From: an uncultured delta proteobacterium
Lineage (GTDB): Bacteria > Desulfobacterota > Binatia > UBA9968
DNA: 64,000 nt
Direction of reading: 5' to 3'
Assembly: GCA_963771465.1 (NCBI GenBank)
Contig: CAVYTU010000017.1
Span: 192,001-256,000, forward strand
Under the pieces are notes generated by a model that saw only the letters and a program-made list of their open reading frames with translations, made no database searches and was not told the DNA's origin. The stretch's first letter is position 1. Each line of letters begins with the position of its first letter. Both the position numbers and the translations under genes were made by a program. This document shows positions 10,194 through 19,164 of this stretch, piece by piece.

Positions 10194-11021
10194 ATGAATC
10201 TTCGAAAAGCGCGATGGCTATTGCCGCACGTTGTCACCGTACTCCTTACTTTGGCTGCTGAGTTACCGGCACAGAGCAAAGCCACCGCCTCGGCCGACGA
10301 TCTGCTCAAATCCATCGGCATGACCAAGCCGGCTTTAGCGAAGGCGCCGGATTTCACTCTGCGCGACGCCGGCGGCGGCACGGTGAGTCTGAGCGGCTAC
10401 CGCGGCAATTTAGTGCTACTTAACTTCTGGGCCACCTGGTGTGGGCCGTGTCGAGAGGAGATGCCGTCGATGGAGCAACTGAGCCGCAACTTCGGCGGCC
10501 AGGGCTTTACGATTCTAGCGGTCAACCAGAAAGAAAGCGCGGCGCAGGTGACAAAATATATGAAAACCCACGGGCTCAACTTTAGCGCGCCGCTTGATTT
10601 GGACGGGCGGGTCAATACCGCTTATCGCGTCTACGGAATTCCGGTGACGTATTTGATCGACGGCGGCGGCAACGCCATCGGCATGAAGTCCGGCCCGCGC
10701 GACTGGGCGCGGCGTGACGTTGTCGATGTCTTTCGCAAGCTGGTCGGCGAAAGCGCTAGCGGCATAGTCGGCGGTTCGTTGGAACTCGAACCGATTACAC
10801 CGATGCCGAGCGCGCTACGCGCCAAAGGCGGCGCCTTGCTGGTGCGCTCACAACAGGACCCATTCTCGGAAGCGGTCGCCAAGTTGCCGCCAAACGAAGA
10901 AGTCACGCCCATAGGGAAAGCTTCCGGCGCCGGCGAGTTCTGGTACATGGTGCGGACCAAGATCGGCGCCATCGGCTGGGTGAGAGGGGTGGACGTGGAA
11001 GGCGTCAGCCAACAGCGCTGA
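10194..11021 (+). CDS. TlpA/ResA-like thiol:disulfide oxidoreductase with C-terminal SH3b-like domain
   Basis: RBS GGAGGA; signal peptide; NFWATWCGPCREEMP; C-terminal WYMVRTKIGAIGWV. Confidence 0.85.
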   Translation: MNLRKARWLLPHVVTVLLTLAAELPAQSKATASADDLLKSIGMTKPALAKAPDFTLRDAGGGTVSLSGYRGNLVLLNFWATWCGPCREEMPSMEQLSRNFGGQGFTILAVNQKESAAQVTKYMKTHGLNFSAPLDLDGRVNTAYRVYGIPVTYLIDGGGNAIGMKSGPRDWARRDVVDVFRKLVGESASGIVGGSLELEPITPMPSALRAKGGALLVRSQQDPFSEAVAKLPPNEEVTPIGKASGAGEFWYMVRTKIGAIGWVRGVDVEGVSQQR

Positions 11022-11052
11022 TCGGTCGCCTGAATCCAGCTGGAGCAATTGA

Positions 11053-13083
11053 ATGGTCAAAAGGATTCCAACCACGCTCGAGACCCACGGCCACGGGCGG
11101 ATCGATGACTATTATTGGCTGCGCGAGCGGGACAATCCTGAGGTCATCAAGTATCTCAACGATGAGAACGCGTTTGCGGCCAAAGAAATGGCGCATGCGC
11201 AGGACTTCGAAAGGAAATTGTTCGAGGAGATCAAAGCACGAATCAAGCAAACCGATATGTCGGTGCCGTACAAACGTGACGACTATTTCTACTATACGCG
11301 CTACGAGGAGGGCAAAGAATATCCGATCTACGCGCGTAAGCGCGGCGTGCTCGATGCGGCGGAAGAAATCATGCTCGATGTCAATCTCCTAGCCGTCGGC
11401 CATGACTTTTTTTCCGTCGGCGGCACGGCGGTGAGCGCGGGACAGAATCTGCTGGCGTACGCGGTGGACACTCAGGGGCGGCGAATTCATACGACGTACT
11501 TAAAAAACCTGACGACCGGTGAACTGCTAGCCGACGTGATCCCTAACGTCAGTGAGAACCTGGCTTGGGCCAACGATAACCGGACTCTGTTTTACGGCAA
11601 GCAGGACGAAACGACGCTGCGCCAGTACCAAATTTGGCGCCACGTTGTCGGCACCGACCCGGCCCAAGATCAACGGATCTACCAGGAAGACGACCAGACC
11701 TTCGGCGCCTATATTTTCAGAACCAAGTCGAAGAAGTTTTTGATGATCGTGGCGTCCCAGACGGTTTGCCAGGAATATCGCTATCTGGATGCCAATGCGC
11801 CCGGTGGCGAATTCAAAATCTTTCTGCCGCGCCAACGGGGACATGAATATAGTGTCGACCACATCGGCGATCGCTTTATCATCCGCACCAATGCTCAGGC
11901 GAAAAACTTTCGCCTGATGTGGACGCCAGTGGAGAACACCGCGCGGCAGCAATGGCAGGAAATTATTGCGCACCGCGATGATGTGTTTCTCGGCGACTTC
12001 GACTTGTTCAAGGACTATTTGGTCTTGGAAGAGCGAGTGCGCGGGTTGACGCAGATTCGCGTTGTGCCCTGGTCCGGCGAGCCAAGCCACTATTTGTCGT
12101 TTGACGAGCCGGCTTATCGCGCTCATCTGGGCGCGAACTTGGAATTCGATACCAAGACTTTGCGCTATGAATACACCTCGATGAAGACGCCGCTGTCGAT
12201 TTTCGACTATGACATGGCGACGCGCCAACGGGTTCAATTGAAACAAGAGGAAGTGCTCGGCGGTTTTAACGCCGATGACTACGCCACCGAGCGGCTTTTC
12301 GCCCGAGCCGCCGACGGCACGGAAATTCCGCTGTCGATTCTCTATCGCAAGGGCATGAAACGCGACGGACGCAATCCGCTCCTGCTCTACGGCTACGGTT
12401 CCTACGGAATTAGCATCGACGCCGCGTTCGCGTCGCCGCGCTTGAGCTTGGTCGACCGCGGCTTTGTCTTCGCCATCGCCCATATCCGCGGCGGCCAGGA
12501 GTTGGGCCGGCGCTGGTACGAGGATGGCAAACTGTTACGGAAAAAAAACACCTTTAACGATTTCATCGCTTGCGCGGAATTCCTCATCCGCGAAAACTTC
12601 ACGAACCCTGGAAAACTTTTTGCCATGGGCCGGAGCGCCGGCGGTTTGCTGATGGGAGCGGTGAGCAATCTACGGCCGGATTTGTTTAAGGGGATCGTCG
12701 CCGAAGTGCCGTTTGTCGACGTGGTGACGACGATGTTGGACTCATCGATTCCGCTCACCACCGGCGAGTTCGACGAATGGGGCGATCCGAACCAGAAAGA
12801 GTTTTATGATTGCATGCTGTCCTATTCGCCCTATGACAACGTTGAGAGAAAAAACTATCCGGCGATGCTGATCACCGGCGGCTTACACGATTCCCAAGTG
12901 CAGTATTGGGAGCCGGCCAAGTGGGCCGCGAAGCTGCGCGCGCTCAAGACCGACAATAATCGGCTGTTGTTGAAAACCAACATGGATGCCGGCCACGGTG
13001 GCGCGTCGGGAAGATTCCGCCGTCACCAAGAGACGGCGTTTTCATATGTGTTTATTCTCGACTTGGCAGGCATTCGCGCTTAG
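11053..13083 (+). CDS. ptrB: Oligopeptidase B (S9A)
   Basis: DDYYWLR N-terminus, YGYGSYG, GRSAGG, HDSQV and GHGG catalytic motifs. Confidence 0.95.
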   Translation: MVKRIPTTLETHGHGRIDDYYWLRERDNPEVIKYLNDENAFAAKEMAHAQDFERKLFEEIKARIKQTDMSVPYKRDDYFYYTRYEEGKEYPIYARKRGVLDAAEEIMLDVNLLAVGHDFFSVGGTAVSAGQNLLAYAVDTQGRRIHTTYLKNLTTGELLADVIPNVSENLAWANDNRTLFYGKQDETTLRQYQIWRHVVGTDPAQDQRIYQEDDQTFGAYIFRTKSKKFLMIVASQTVCQEYRYLDANAPGGEFKIFLPRQRGHEYSVDHIGDRFIIRTNAQAKNFRLMWTPVENTARQQWQEIIAHRDDVFLGDFDLFKDYLVLEERVRGLTQIRVVPWSGEPSHYLSFDEPAYRAHLGANLEFDTKTLRYEYTSMKTPLSIFDYDMATRQRVQLKQEEVLGGFNADDYATERLFARAADGTEIPLSILYRKGMKRDGRNPLLLYGYGSYGISIDAAFASPRLSLVDRGFVFAIAHIRGGQELGRRWYEDGKLLRKKNTFNDFIACAEFLIRENFTNPGKLFAMGRSAGGLLMGAVSNLRPDLFKGIVAEVPFVDVVTTMLDSSIPLTTGEFDEWGDPNQKEFYDCMLSYSPYDNVERKNYPAMLITGGLHDSQVQYWEPAKWAAKLRALKTDNNRLLLKTNMDAGHGGASGRFRRHQETAFSYVFILDLAGIRA

Positions 13084-13091
13084 CAAGTGCA

Positions 13092-13165
13092 ATTACAGAT
13101 TCCCAATTCAAAATTACTCAATCGGCTCCGAGCCAATTTGGAATCTGAAATTTCGAATCTGGAAT
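13092..13165. repeat. Heptamer-repeat imperfect palindrome between convergent ptrB and rarA
   Basis: attacag attccca attcaaa ... aatttgg aatctga aatttcg aatctgg. Confidence 0.7.
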
Positions 13166-14493
13166 CATCCTTTGCTGTTCTTTTTCTGTTCTTCCCAGAA
13201 TTGCAGCCGTTCTTTGATCTGCTTTTCGTAGCCGGCTTCGCCGGGCGTGTAGTATTTTCTGCCGGCGAGTTCGAGTGGCAGGTGTTGTTGATCGACGATG
13301 TGGCCTTCGTAGTTGTGGGCGTATTTGTAGTCTTTGCCGTAGCCGAGATTTTTCATCAAACCGGTCGGCGCATTGCGTAAGTGCAGCGGGACTGGGAGCG
13401 CACCATGTTCTTCGACGTCTTTTACCGCCGAGAGCATCGCGTGGTAGGACGCGTTGGACTTGGGCGCAGTGGCGAGATAAGTGACCGCCTGTGCTAGCGG
13501 GATTCTTCCTTCCGGTAAACCGACGAAATGTACGGCATCCTTTGCCGCGATGGCGACTTGGAGCGCGCGCGGGTCGGCGTTGCCGATATCTTCGGCGGCA
13601 AAAATCACCATCCGCCGAGCGATAAATAGCGGTTCTTCGCCGGCCTCGAGCATGCGCATCATCCAATAAAGCGCCGCATCGGCATCGCTGCCGCGCATAC
13701 TTTTGATAAACGCCGAAATAACGTTGTAATGCTCTTCGCCGGCTTTGTCGTATTGCAACGGCTTTTTCTGCAGCGCTTCTCGCAAATGAGCAAGGCCGAT
13801 TTCTTTGTGATGGCTGGCTTGGGCCAGTACCGCGGCGCTTTCCAATGCATTCAGCGCGACACGGCAGTCGCCTTGGGACTGTTGCACGAGAAACTCTAAA
13901 CCTTCTGACGTAAGGGTCAGCGCTAACGCACCCAGGCCGCGCTCCCTATCGTTGAGCGCGCGTTCGATGATCGTCGCCATGTTTTCCGCTGACAGGGTTT
14001 TGAGAACCAAGACTTGGCAGCGCGAGAGCAGGGGCGAGATGACTTCGAAGGATGGATTCTCCGTTGTCGCGCCGATGAGCGTCAGAGTGCCGCGCTCGAC
14101 GTGAGGCAGGAAATTATCCTGCTGACCTTTGTTGAAGTGATGAATCTCATCGACAAAAAGCACGGTAGGCTTGCCGAGACGCTGCAAGCGCTCGGCTTCT
14201 TGAATAATCGCTTTGAGTTCCTTGACGCCGGAAGTGACCGCGGAAAAATGCACGCAGGCGGCGCCAGCGGAACTCGCCAAGATTTGTGCCAGCGTGGTTT
14301 TGCCGCTCCCCGGCGGACCCCACAGAATCAGCGAGCGGAGTTTGCCAGGGCCGGCGACGCCACTTAGCAGCTTGCCCGGACCGAGCAGATGTTCTTGGCC
14401 GACGAACTCGGTCAGCGTGCGCGGCCGCATCCGTTCGGCGAGGGGCCGATTGGATTGTTGTACCGGTGAATTCAGTGATTCAAAAAGATCCAT
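13165..14493 (-). CDS. rarA: Replication-associated recombination protein A (MgsA/RarA AAA+ ATPase)
   Basis: PLAERMRP, WGPPGSGKTT, FVDEIH, ATTENPSF, SAFIKSMRGSD motifs. Confidence 0.95.
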   Translation of the reverse strand: MDLFESLNSPVQQSNRPLAERMRPRTLTEFVGQEHLLGPGKLLSGVAGPGKLRSLILWGPPGSGKTTLAQILASSAGAACVHFSAVTSGVKELKAIIQEAERLQRLGKPTVLFVDEIHHFNKGQQDNFLPHVERGTLTLIGATTENPSFEVISPLLSRCQVLVLKTLSAENMATIIERALNDRERGLGALALTLTSEGLEFLVQQSQGDCRVALNALESAAVLAQASHHKEIGLAHLREALQKKPLQYDKAGEEHYNVISAFIKSMRGSDADAALYWMMRMLEAGEEPLFIARRMVIFAAEDIGNADPRALQVAIAAKDAVHFVGLPEGRIPLAQAVTYLATAPKSNASYHAMLSAVKDVEEHGALPVPLHLRNAPTGLMKNLGYGKDYKYAHNYEGHIVDQQHLPLELAGRKYYTPGEAGYEKQIKERLQFWEEQKKNSKG

Positions 14494-14601
14494 GGGCGAA
14501 TGCTAGCATAACTCGATGCCAGGGTTGTAGCTGGGCATCTTCGCCTTTCGTTCTGGACGCGACGATGCTAAGATCACGCGAGAATTACTTTCATAGCTGA
14601 G

Positions 14602-14961
14602 ATGACTGACAAAGAAAATCCATCGTTTATGCAGGGGGCGGCGCCGCGCACGGTTTTGTTCGCCAATTCTTCGATCTCCGGCAAGTTGAGTTATAACCTG
14701 CCGGTTAAGATTGACGGTCATTTCACCGGCGAGATCAAGTCGACGGAGCTGTTGGTGATCGGCGCTAACGCCCAAGTCGACGCGCATATCTCGGCGCGCC
14801 AAGTGCATTTAGAGGGGAGACTGGTTGGCTCGGTGCAGGCGATGGGCTGTTTTGAAGTGATGCCCGGCGGTTACTTCAAAGGCGAAGCCCGCGTGGCCGA
14901 GCTGCGGGTTCACCCTGGCGCGGTTTTCGATGGCGCTGGAAATATCCTCGGTAGCGGCTAA
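14602..14961 (+). CDS. Bactofilin (polymer-forming cytoskeletal protein)
   Basis: ISGKL...VKIDGHFTGEI...LVIGANAQV beta-helix repeats ending GAVFDG. Confidence 0.8.
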   Translation: MTDKENPSFMQGAAPRTVLFANSSISGKLSYNLPVKIDGHFTGEIKSTELLVIGANAQVDAHISARQVHLEGRLVGSVQAMGCFEVMPGGYFKGEARVAELRVHPGAVFDGAGNILGSG

Positions 14962-14972
14962 TTCGCTTCAAA

Positions 14973-15323
14973 CTATCGGCTTGAGTCTTCACCGGTCAGA
15001 CGCGCCGCCTTGCCCGAGCGCTCGCGCAGAAAATAAAGCTTGGCGCGCCGCACTTTGCCGCGGGATACGACTTCGACTTTCTCGATGCGCGGCGAGTGGA
15101 GCGGGAAAACTCTTTCGACGCCGACGCCGTAGGAAATCTTACGCACCCTAAAGTTGGCGCGAGTGCCGCTGCCCGACATGCCAATAACAATGCCTTCGAA
15201 TATTTGCGTGCGCTCTTTTTCGCCTTCGACGACTTTCACGTGGACGCGCACGGTTTCCCCCGGCCGAAGCGCCGGCGGTTGCTGTTTAGCCTGCTGAGCT
15301 TCGAGTTGATCGATGAGATTCAT
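14973..15323 (-). CDS. rplS: 50S ribosomal protein L19
   Basis: [31 protein letters not shown]. Confidence 0.98.
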   Translation of the reverse strand: MNLIDQLEAQQAKQQPPALRPGETVRVHVKVVEGEKERTQIFEGIVIGMSGSGTRANFRVRKISYGVGVERVFPLHSPRIEKVEVVSRGKVRRAKLYFLRERSGKAARLTGEDSSR

Positions 15324-15336
15324 GCTTGACTCCTGT

Positions 15337-16611
15337 CTATCCCTGCCGTCCCATCAAGCGATCCAGAATAATCGCTGCCGCAGAGCGCACCGAAAGATGG
15401 TTATAATCGGTGTAGCCCTCGACCGCCTCTAGGACGTAGTCTGATTGTGAAATTATGGTTTCAGTTAGGCCCCATCCCGTGCCAAAAATAATCAGAAACG
15501 GGCGGGTCTTATTATTTAACATGTCTCTCAGCGCGGCGAAAGAGGTACGCACTCCCATGGGCCGGGCTGAGGTGACGACGATGGCGGGCTTTTCACCGCT
15601 TTCCCGCTCGATATCGATGATGACGTCGTCCAGGCAGTTGGCGATCCGGGTGATTTCGAGCGCCTGTTTGCGTGTCACATTGTATTCGCTGCCGTAGCCG
15701 GTTTCCCAATGTTCGATGATTTTGAGCGCGAGCTTTTGCAGCGCCTTGACCGGCGTGACGACGTAAAAGCCCTTGACGCCGTAAGTGCGGCCCGAACGGG
15801 AGATGTCGTGGATGTCCATGTTGGTCACCGCGGTGGTGACGACGTGATGGTTTTTATCATAAACCGGGTAATGCACGAGCGCGACATAGACCGCGGCCTG
15901 TGCCGCTTGCGTCTTCTCGGAGATTTTAAAATCGCTATTCGTTAGCAGATCAGGGCGGCGTTGGCGGGTTAGCGTGACGCTCTGCTCACGGCGCCATTGG
16001 GCGATTTTCTCATGATCGCCTGAGAGCAACACTTCGGGAACTTTCATGCCGCGGAAATCTTCCGGGCGGGTATATTGCGGGTATTCGAGCAGGCCGTCGC
16101 TGAAGGAATCTTCCGCCGGCGAGTTTTCGTTGCCGAGAACGCCGGGGATCAATCTTGCCACTGCATCGATCACGACATTGGCCGCGGGTTCACCGCCGGT
16201 TAGCGTATAGTCGCCGATCGATAGTTCTTCGTCGACGAAAGTCTTTACTCTCTCGTCGATGCCTTCGTAGCGGCCGCAGATCAGGACGATCTCTTTTTCG
16301 TTGGCCAGCCGAGCCGCCGCGCTCTGATTGAAGACCCGACCCTGGGGTGCCAACAGGATAACCCGCGCCTGAGCATTTTTTCGCCGAGCATCTTCGATCG
16401 CAGCTGCCAGGGGCTCGGGCTTCATCACCATGCCTTGGCCGCCGCCGTAAGGGGAGTCGTCGGTAACGTGATGGCGGTCGTGGGTGTAAGCGCGCAGATC
16501 GACTTGCTCGACTTCGATCAAGCCCTTTTCCTGGGCTTTCTTTAAAATGCTGTGACCCAAGGCGGAATCCAGCATATGCGGAAAGATCGTGATTAGCGTG
16601 AACTTGAGCAT
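15337..16611 (-). CDS. trmD: tRNA (guanine-N1)-methyltransferase TrmD fused to a C-terminal SPOUT RNA methyltransferase (DUF2168-like)
   Basis: [34 protein letters not shown], then VALVHYPV...[10 protein letters not shown]...FGTGWG...YNHLSVR. Confidence 0.93.
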   Translation of the reverse strand: MLKFTLITIFPHMLDSALGHSILKKAQEKGLIEVEQVDLRAYTHDRHHVTDDSPYGGGQGMVMKPEPLAAAIEDARRKNAQARVILLAPQGRVFNQSAAARLANEKEIVLICGRYEGIDERVKTFVDEELSIGDYTLTGGEPAANVVIDAVARLIPGVLGNENSPAEDSFSDGLLEYPQYTRPEDFRGMKVPEVLLSGDHEKIAQWRREQSVTLTRQRRPDLLTNSDFKISEKTQAAQAAVYVALVHYPVYDKNHHVVTTAVTNMDIHDISRSGRTYGVKGFYVVTPVKALQKLALKIIEHWETGYGSEYNVTRKQALEITRIANCLDDVIIDIERESGEKPAIVVTSARPMGVRTSFAALRDMLNNKTRPFLIIFGTGWGLTETIISQSDYVLEAVEGYTDYNHLSVRSAAAIILDRLMGRQG

Positions 16612-16632
16612 GCCGGCCGCAATTCAAAACAA

Positions 16633-17145
16633 CTAAAGGTCCAACAGGCCTCGGGGTAGGTTGACGATAACTTTTCGATCATCGAAATCGACCTTCTCGA
16701 TGATTTCTTTGACCGCCGGAATCAAATGTTCTTTGTCCGCTCCTCGGACCACGTAAAGTTCGCCGCCCGCAGTGGAAAGCGTTCCAGTAATAGTTCCGAC
16801 TACCGCGCCATTTAAATCAACCACCGCAAAGCCGATGATCTGGTAGTGATAGTATTGCCCGGGTTCGAGCGGATCGAGCGCATCGTCACTGATCAGCAGT
16901 GTCGAGCCGATCAAGGGTTGCGCGGCGTTGATGCTGTCGACGCCGCGCAGTTTGATCAGGAACTGTCTTTTATGCGGCTTGCTCGATTCGAGCTGATGGA
17001 TCGATTGCCGCCCCGACTTTTCGAGGTAAACTTCCATTCCCGCAGAGAGCACCGAACTCTCCGGGTTGAAGGAGTTTAATTTTAGCCAGCCGTCGAGCCC
17101 ATGGGTGGCGACGATTTCACCGAGGGGAACCGAATGGGCAACCAT
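16633..17145 (-). CDS. rimM: Ribosome maturation factor RimM
   Basis: GEIVATHGLDG, YYHYQIIG, LIPAV...IIEKVD; canonical position; start uncertain. Confidence 0.92.
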   Translation of the reverse strand: MVAHSVPLGEIVATHGLDGWLKLNSFNPESSVLSAGMEVYLEKSGRQSIHQLESSKPHKRQFLIKLRGVDSINAAQPLIGSTLLISDDALDPLEPGQYYHYQIIGFAVVDLNGAVVGTITGTLSTAGGELYVVRGADKEHLIPAVKEIIEKVDFDDRKVIVNLPRGLLDL

Positions 17146-17164
17146 CGGCGTACCCGGCGCGAGA

Positions 17165-17401
17165 TTAGCTCTCCTCGACGATTTCGAGGACGACTCTGCG
17201 GTTGTCACGGGCAGCCGCGGCGTTGAGCAACGTGCGGATGGATTTCGCCGTGCGGCCTTGTCGGCCGATGATCCGGCCGAGATCTTCCTTGGCTACTTTG
17301 AGCTCTAAAACCTGAGCCTCGTCGTTGGCCGATTCCTTGATCTCAACCGCATCGGGATTGCTCACCAAAGCTTTGGCCAAGTATTGCACCAAATCTTTCA
17401 T
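17165..17401 (-). CDS. khpA: KH-domain RNA-binding protein (KhpA/YlqC)
   Basis: DLGRIIGRQGRTAKSIRTLL; lies between rpsP and rimM. Confidence 0.92.
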   Translation of the reverse strand: MKDLVQYLAKALVSNPDAVEIKESANDEAQVLELKVAKEDLGRIIGRQGRTAKSIRTLLNAAAARDNRRVVLEIVEES

Positions 17402-17418
17402 CGATTCCGGCATACTGC

Positions 17419-17664
17419 CTAGCTGGCTTTCTTTTCTTTTTTGATCAGCTGGGAGACCGTCGCGGACGGCTTGGCGCCCTTTTTGATCCACGACTCGATC
17501 TTATCTTGGTTGAGTTTGACGCCGCCGGTTTTGGCGCTCGGATCGTAGGTGCCGACCTGCTCGATATAACGGCCGTCGCGGGGGAAGCGCTGATCGCTGA
17601 CGACGATACGGTAAAAGGGTTTTTTCTTCGCCCCATGGCGGCTCATGCGAATGCTGACACTCAT
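17419..17664 (-). CDS. rpsP: 30S ribosomal protein S16
   Basis: [32 protein letters not shown]. Confidence 0.98.
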   Translation of the reverse strand: MSVSIRMSRHGAKKKPFYRIVVSDQRFPRDGRYIEQVGTYDPSAKTGGVKLNQDKIESWIKKGAKPSATVSQLIKKEKKAS

Positions 17665-17676
17665 TTTTCTTCTCCT

Positions 17677-19017
17677 CTAATTAAATGGGTTGGGCATTCT
17701 GCTGAGGAGCGATTTGGCTCCCAGCTTGCTCACCCGTGACATCATTTTTTTCATTTCAAGAAATTGTTTCATCAAGCGATTGACGTCGTTGACCGTGGTG
17801 CCGCTGCCTTGGGCGATGCGCCGGCGCCGGCCGCCATTCAAAAGCGCCGGATTGCGCCGTTCTTGAATCGTCATCGAGTTGATGATCGCTTCGACCCGTT
17901 TCAATTCCTTCTCAGCTTTGTCGGCATCGACCTGGGACGCCAGCTTCTTGCCGCCAGGGATCATCTCAAGCAGGCCGCCCACAGGTCCCATGCGTTTGAT
18001 TTGTTGGAGCTGCAGTTGAAACTCTTCCAGGGTAAATTGTTGCTTTTGAAACGCCTGCTGTAATCGCTCGGCTTCTTTCTGCTCGACGTTTTGCTGCACC
18101 TTGTCGATCAGCGAAAGCACATCGCCCATGCCCAAAATGCGCGAAGCCAACCGGTCGGGGTAGAACGGTTCGAGCGCGTCGAGCTTTTCGCCGACACCCG
18201 AGAACAAAATCGGCTTGCCGACCATCTCGCGGATCGACAAAGCCGCGCCGCCGCGGGCGTCGCCGTCGAGTTTGGTCAGTATAATTCCGCTCAGACCGAG
18301 TTTGCCGTCGAAACCGAGCGCTTGATTGACGGCATCCTGACCGGTCATGGAGTCGGCGACAAACAAAATTTGATGCGGCCCGACCGCGTCTTTGATGCTT
18401 GCCAACTCCTGCATCAACTCTTCATCGATATGCAAACGCCCGGCGGTGTCGATCAGCAGCACGTCGCAGAATTTCTTCTTGGCTTCTTCTAAAGCGCGCT
18501 GGCAAATCGCCACGGCCGACATCTTGGGATCGGAATCATAAACCGGCACCGCCAACTCGTTGCCGAGAATTTTCAGCTGCTCGATGGCTGCCGGACGATA
18601 GATATCCGCCGGCACAAGAAAGGGCGTGCGTTTCTTTTCTTTTTTAAGATAGCGCGCCAGTTTCGCCAGCGTCGTGGTCTTGCCTGATCCCTGTAAGCCG
18701 ACCAGCATGATGACCACTGGCGGCGCGCTCTTAAGATCGATCTCACGGTACTCGCCGCCCAATAATTGAATCAGTTCGTCGCGCACGATGCCGACGAACT
18801 GCTGCTCGGGCGTGAGACTTTGCAGCACCTCTTGGCCCATCGCTTTGGCCTTAACCGCATCGAGAAAGGTCTTGACGACCTTCAGATGAACATCGGCCTC
18901 GAGCAAAGCGAGGCGCACGTCGCGCAGCGCGTCGTCAATATTGGTCTCGGTGATCCTGCCCTGACCTCGTAACCGTTTAAAGGTCAGTTCAAGTTTGTCG
19001 GTTAGCGATTCGAACAT
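17677..19017 (-). CDS. ffh: Signal recognition particle protein
   Basis: ALLEADV, GLQGSGKTTT, DTAGR, TKLDGDARGG, RILGMGD and the M domain. Confidence 0.98.
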   Translation of the reverse strand: MFESLTDKLELTFKRLRGQGRITETNIDDALRDVRLALLEADVHLKVVKTFLDAVKAKAMGQEVLQSLTPEQQFVGIVRDELIQLLGGEYREIDLKSAPPVVIMLVGLQGSGKTTTLAKLARYLKKEKKRTPFLVPADIYRPAAIEQLKILGNELAVPVYDSDPKMSAVAICQRALEEAKKKFCDVLLIDTAGRLHIDEELMQELASIKDAVGPHQILFVADSMTGQDAVNQALGFDGKLGLSGIILTKLDGDARGGAALSIREMVGKPILFSGVGEKLDALEPFYPDRLASRILGMGDVLSLIDKVQQNVEQKEAERLQQAFQKQQFTLEEFQLQLQQIKRMGPVGGLLEMIPGGKKLASQVDADKAEKELKRVEAIINSMTIQERRNPALLNGGRRRRIAQGSGTTVNDVNRLMKQFLEMKKMMSRVSKLGAKSLLSRMPNPFN

Positions 19018-19164
19018 GAATGGGATTGCTAAATTACTATATTTCCAGCGGAAAGTTTCACAGCAAAGTAATATGAAAGATTCGGAGAGTCAAGGTAGAG
19101 GGGGCTAGCTGTAGGCGAAGACAATCTCTATGTTGGGTAAATTAAATGCCGTCGGGCGTCTGAT

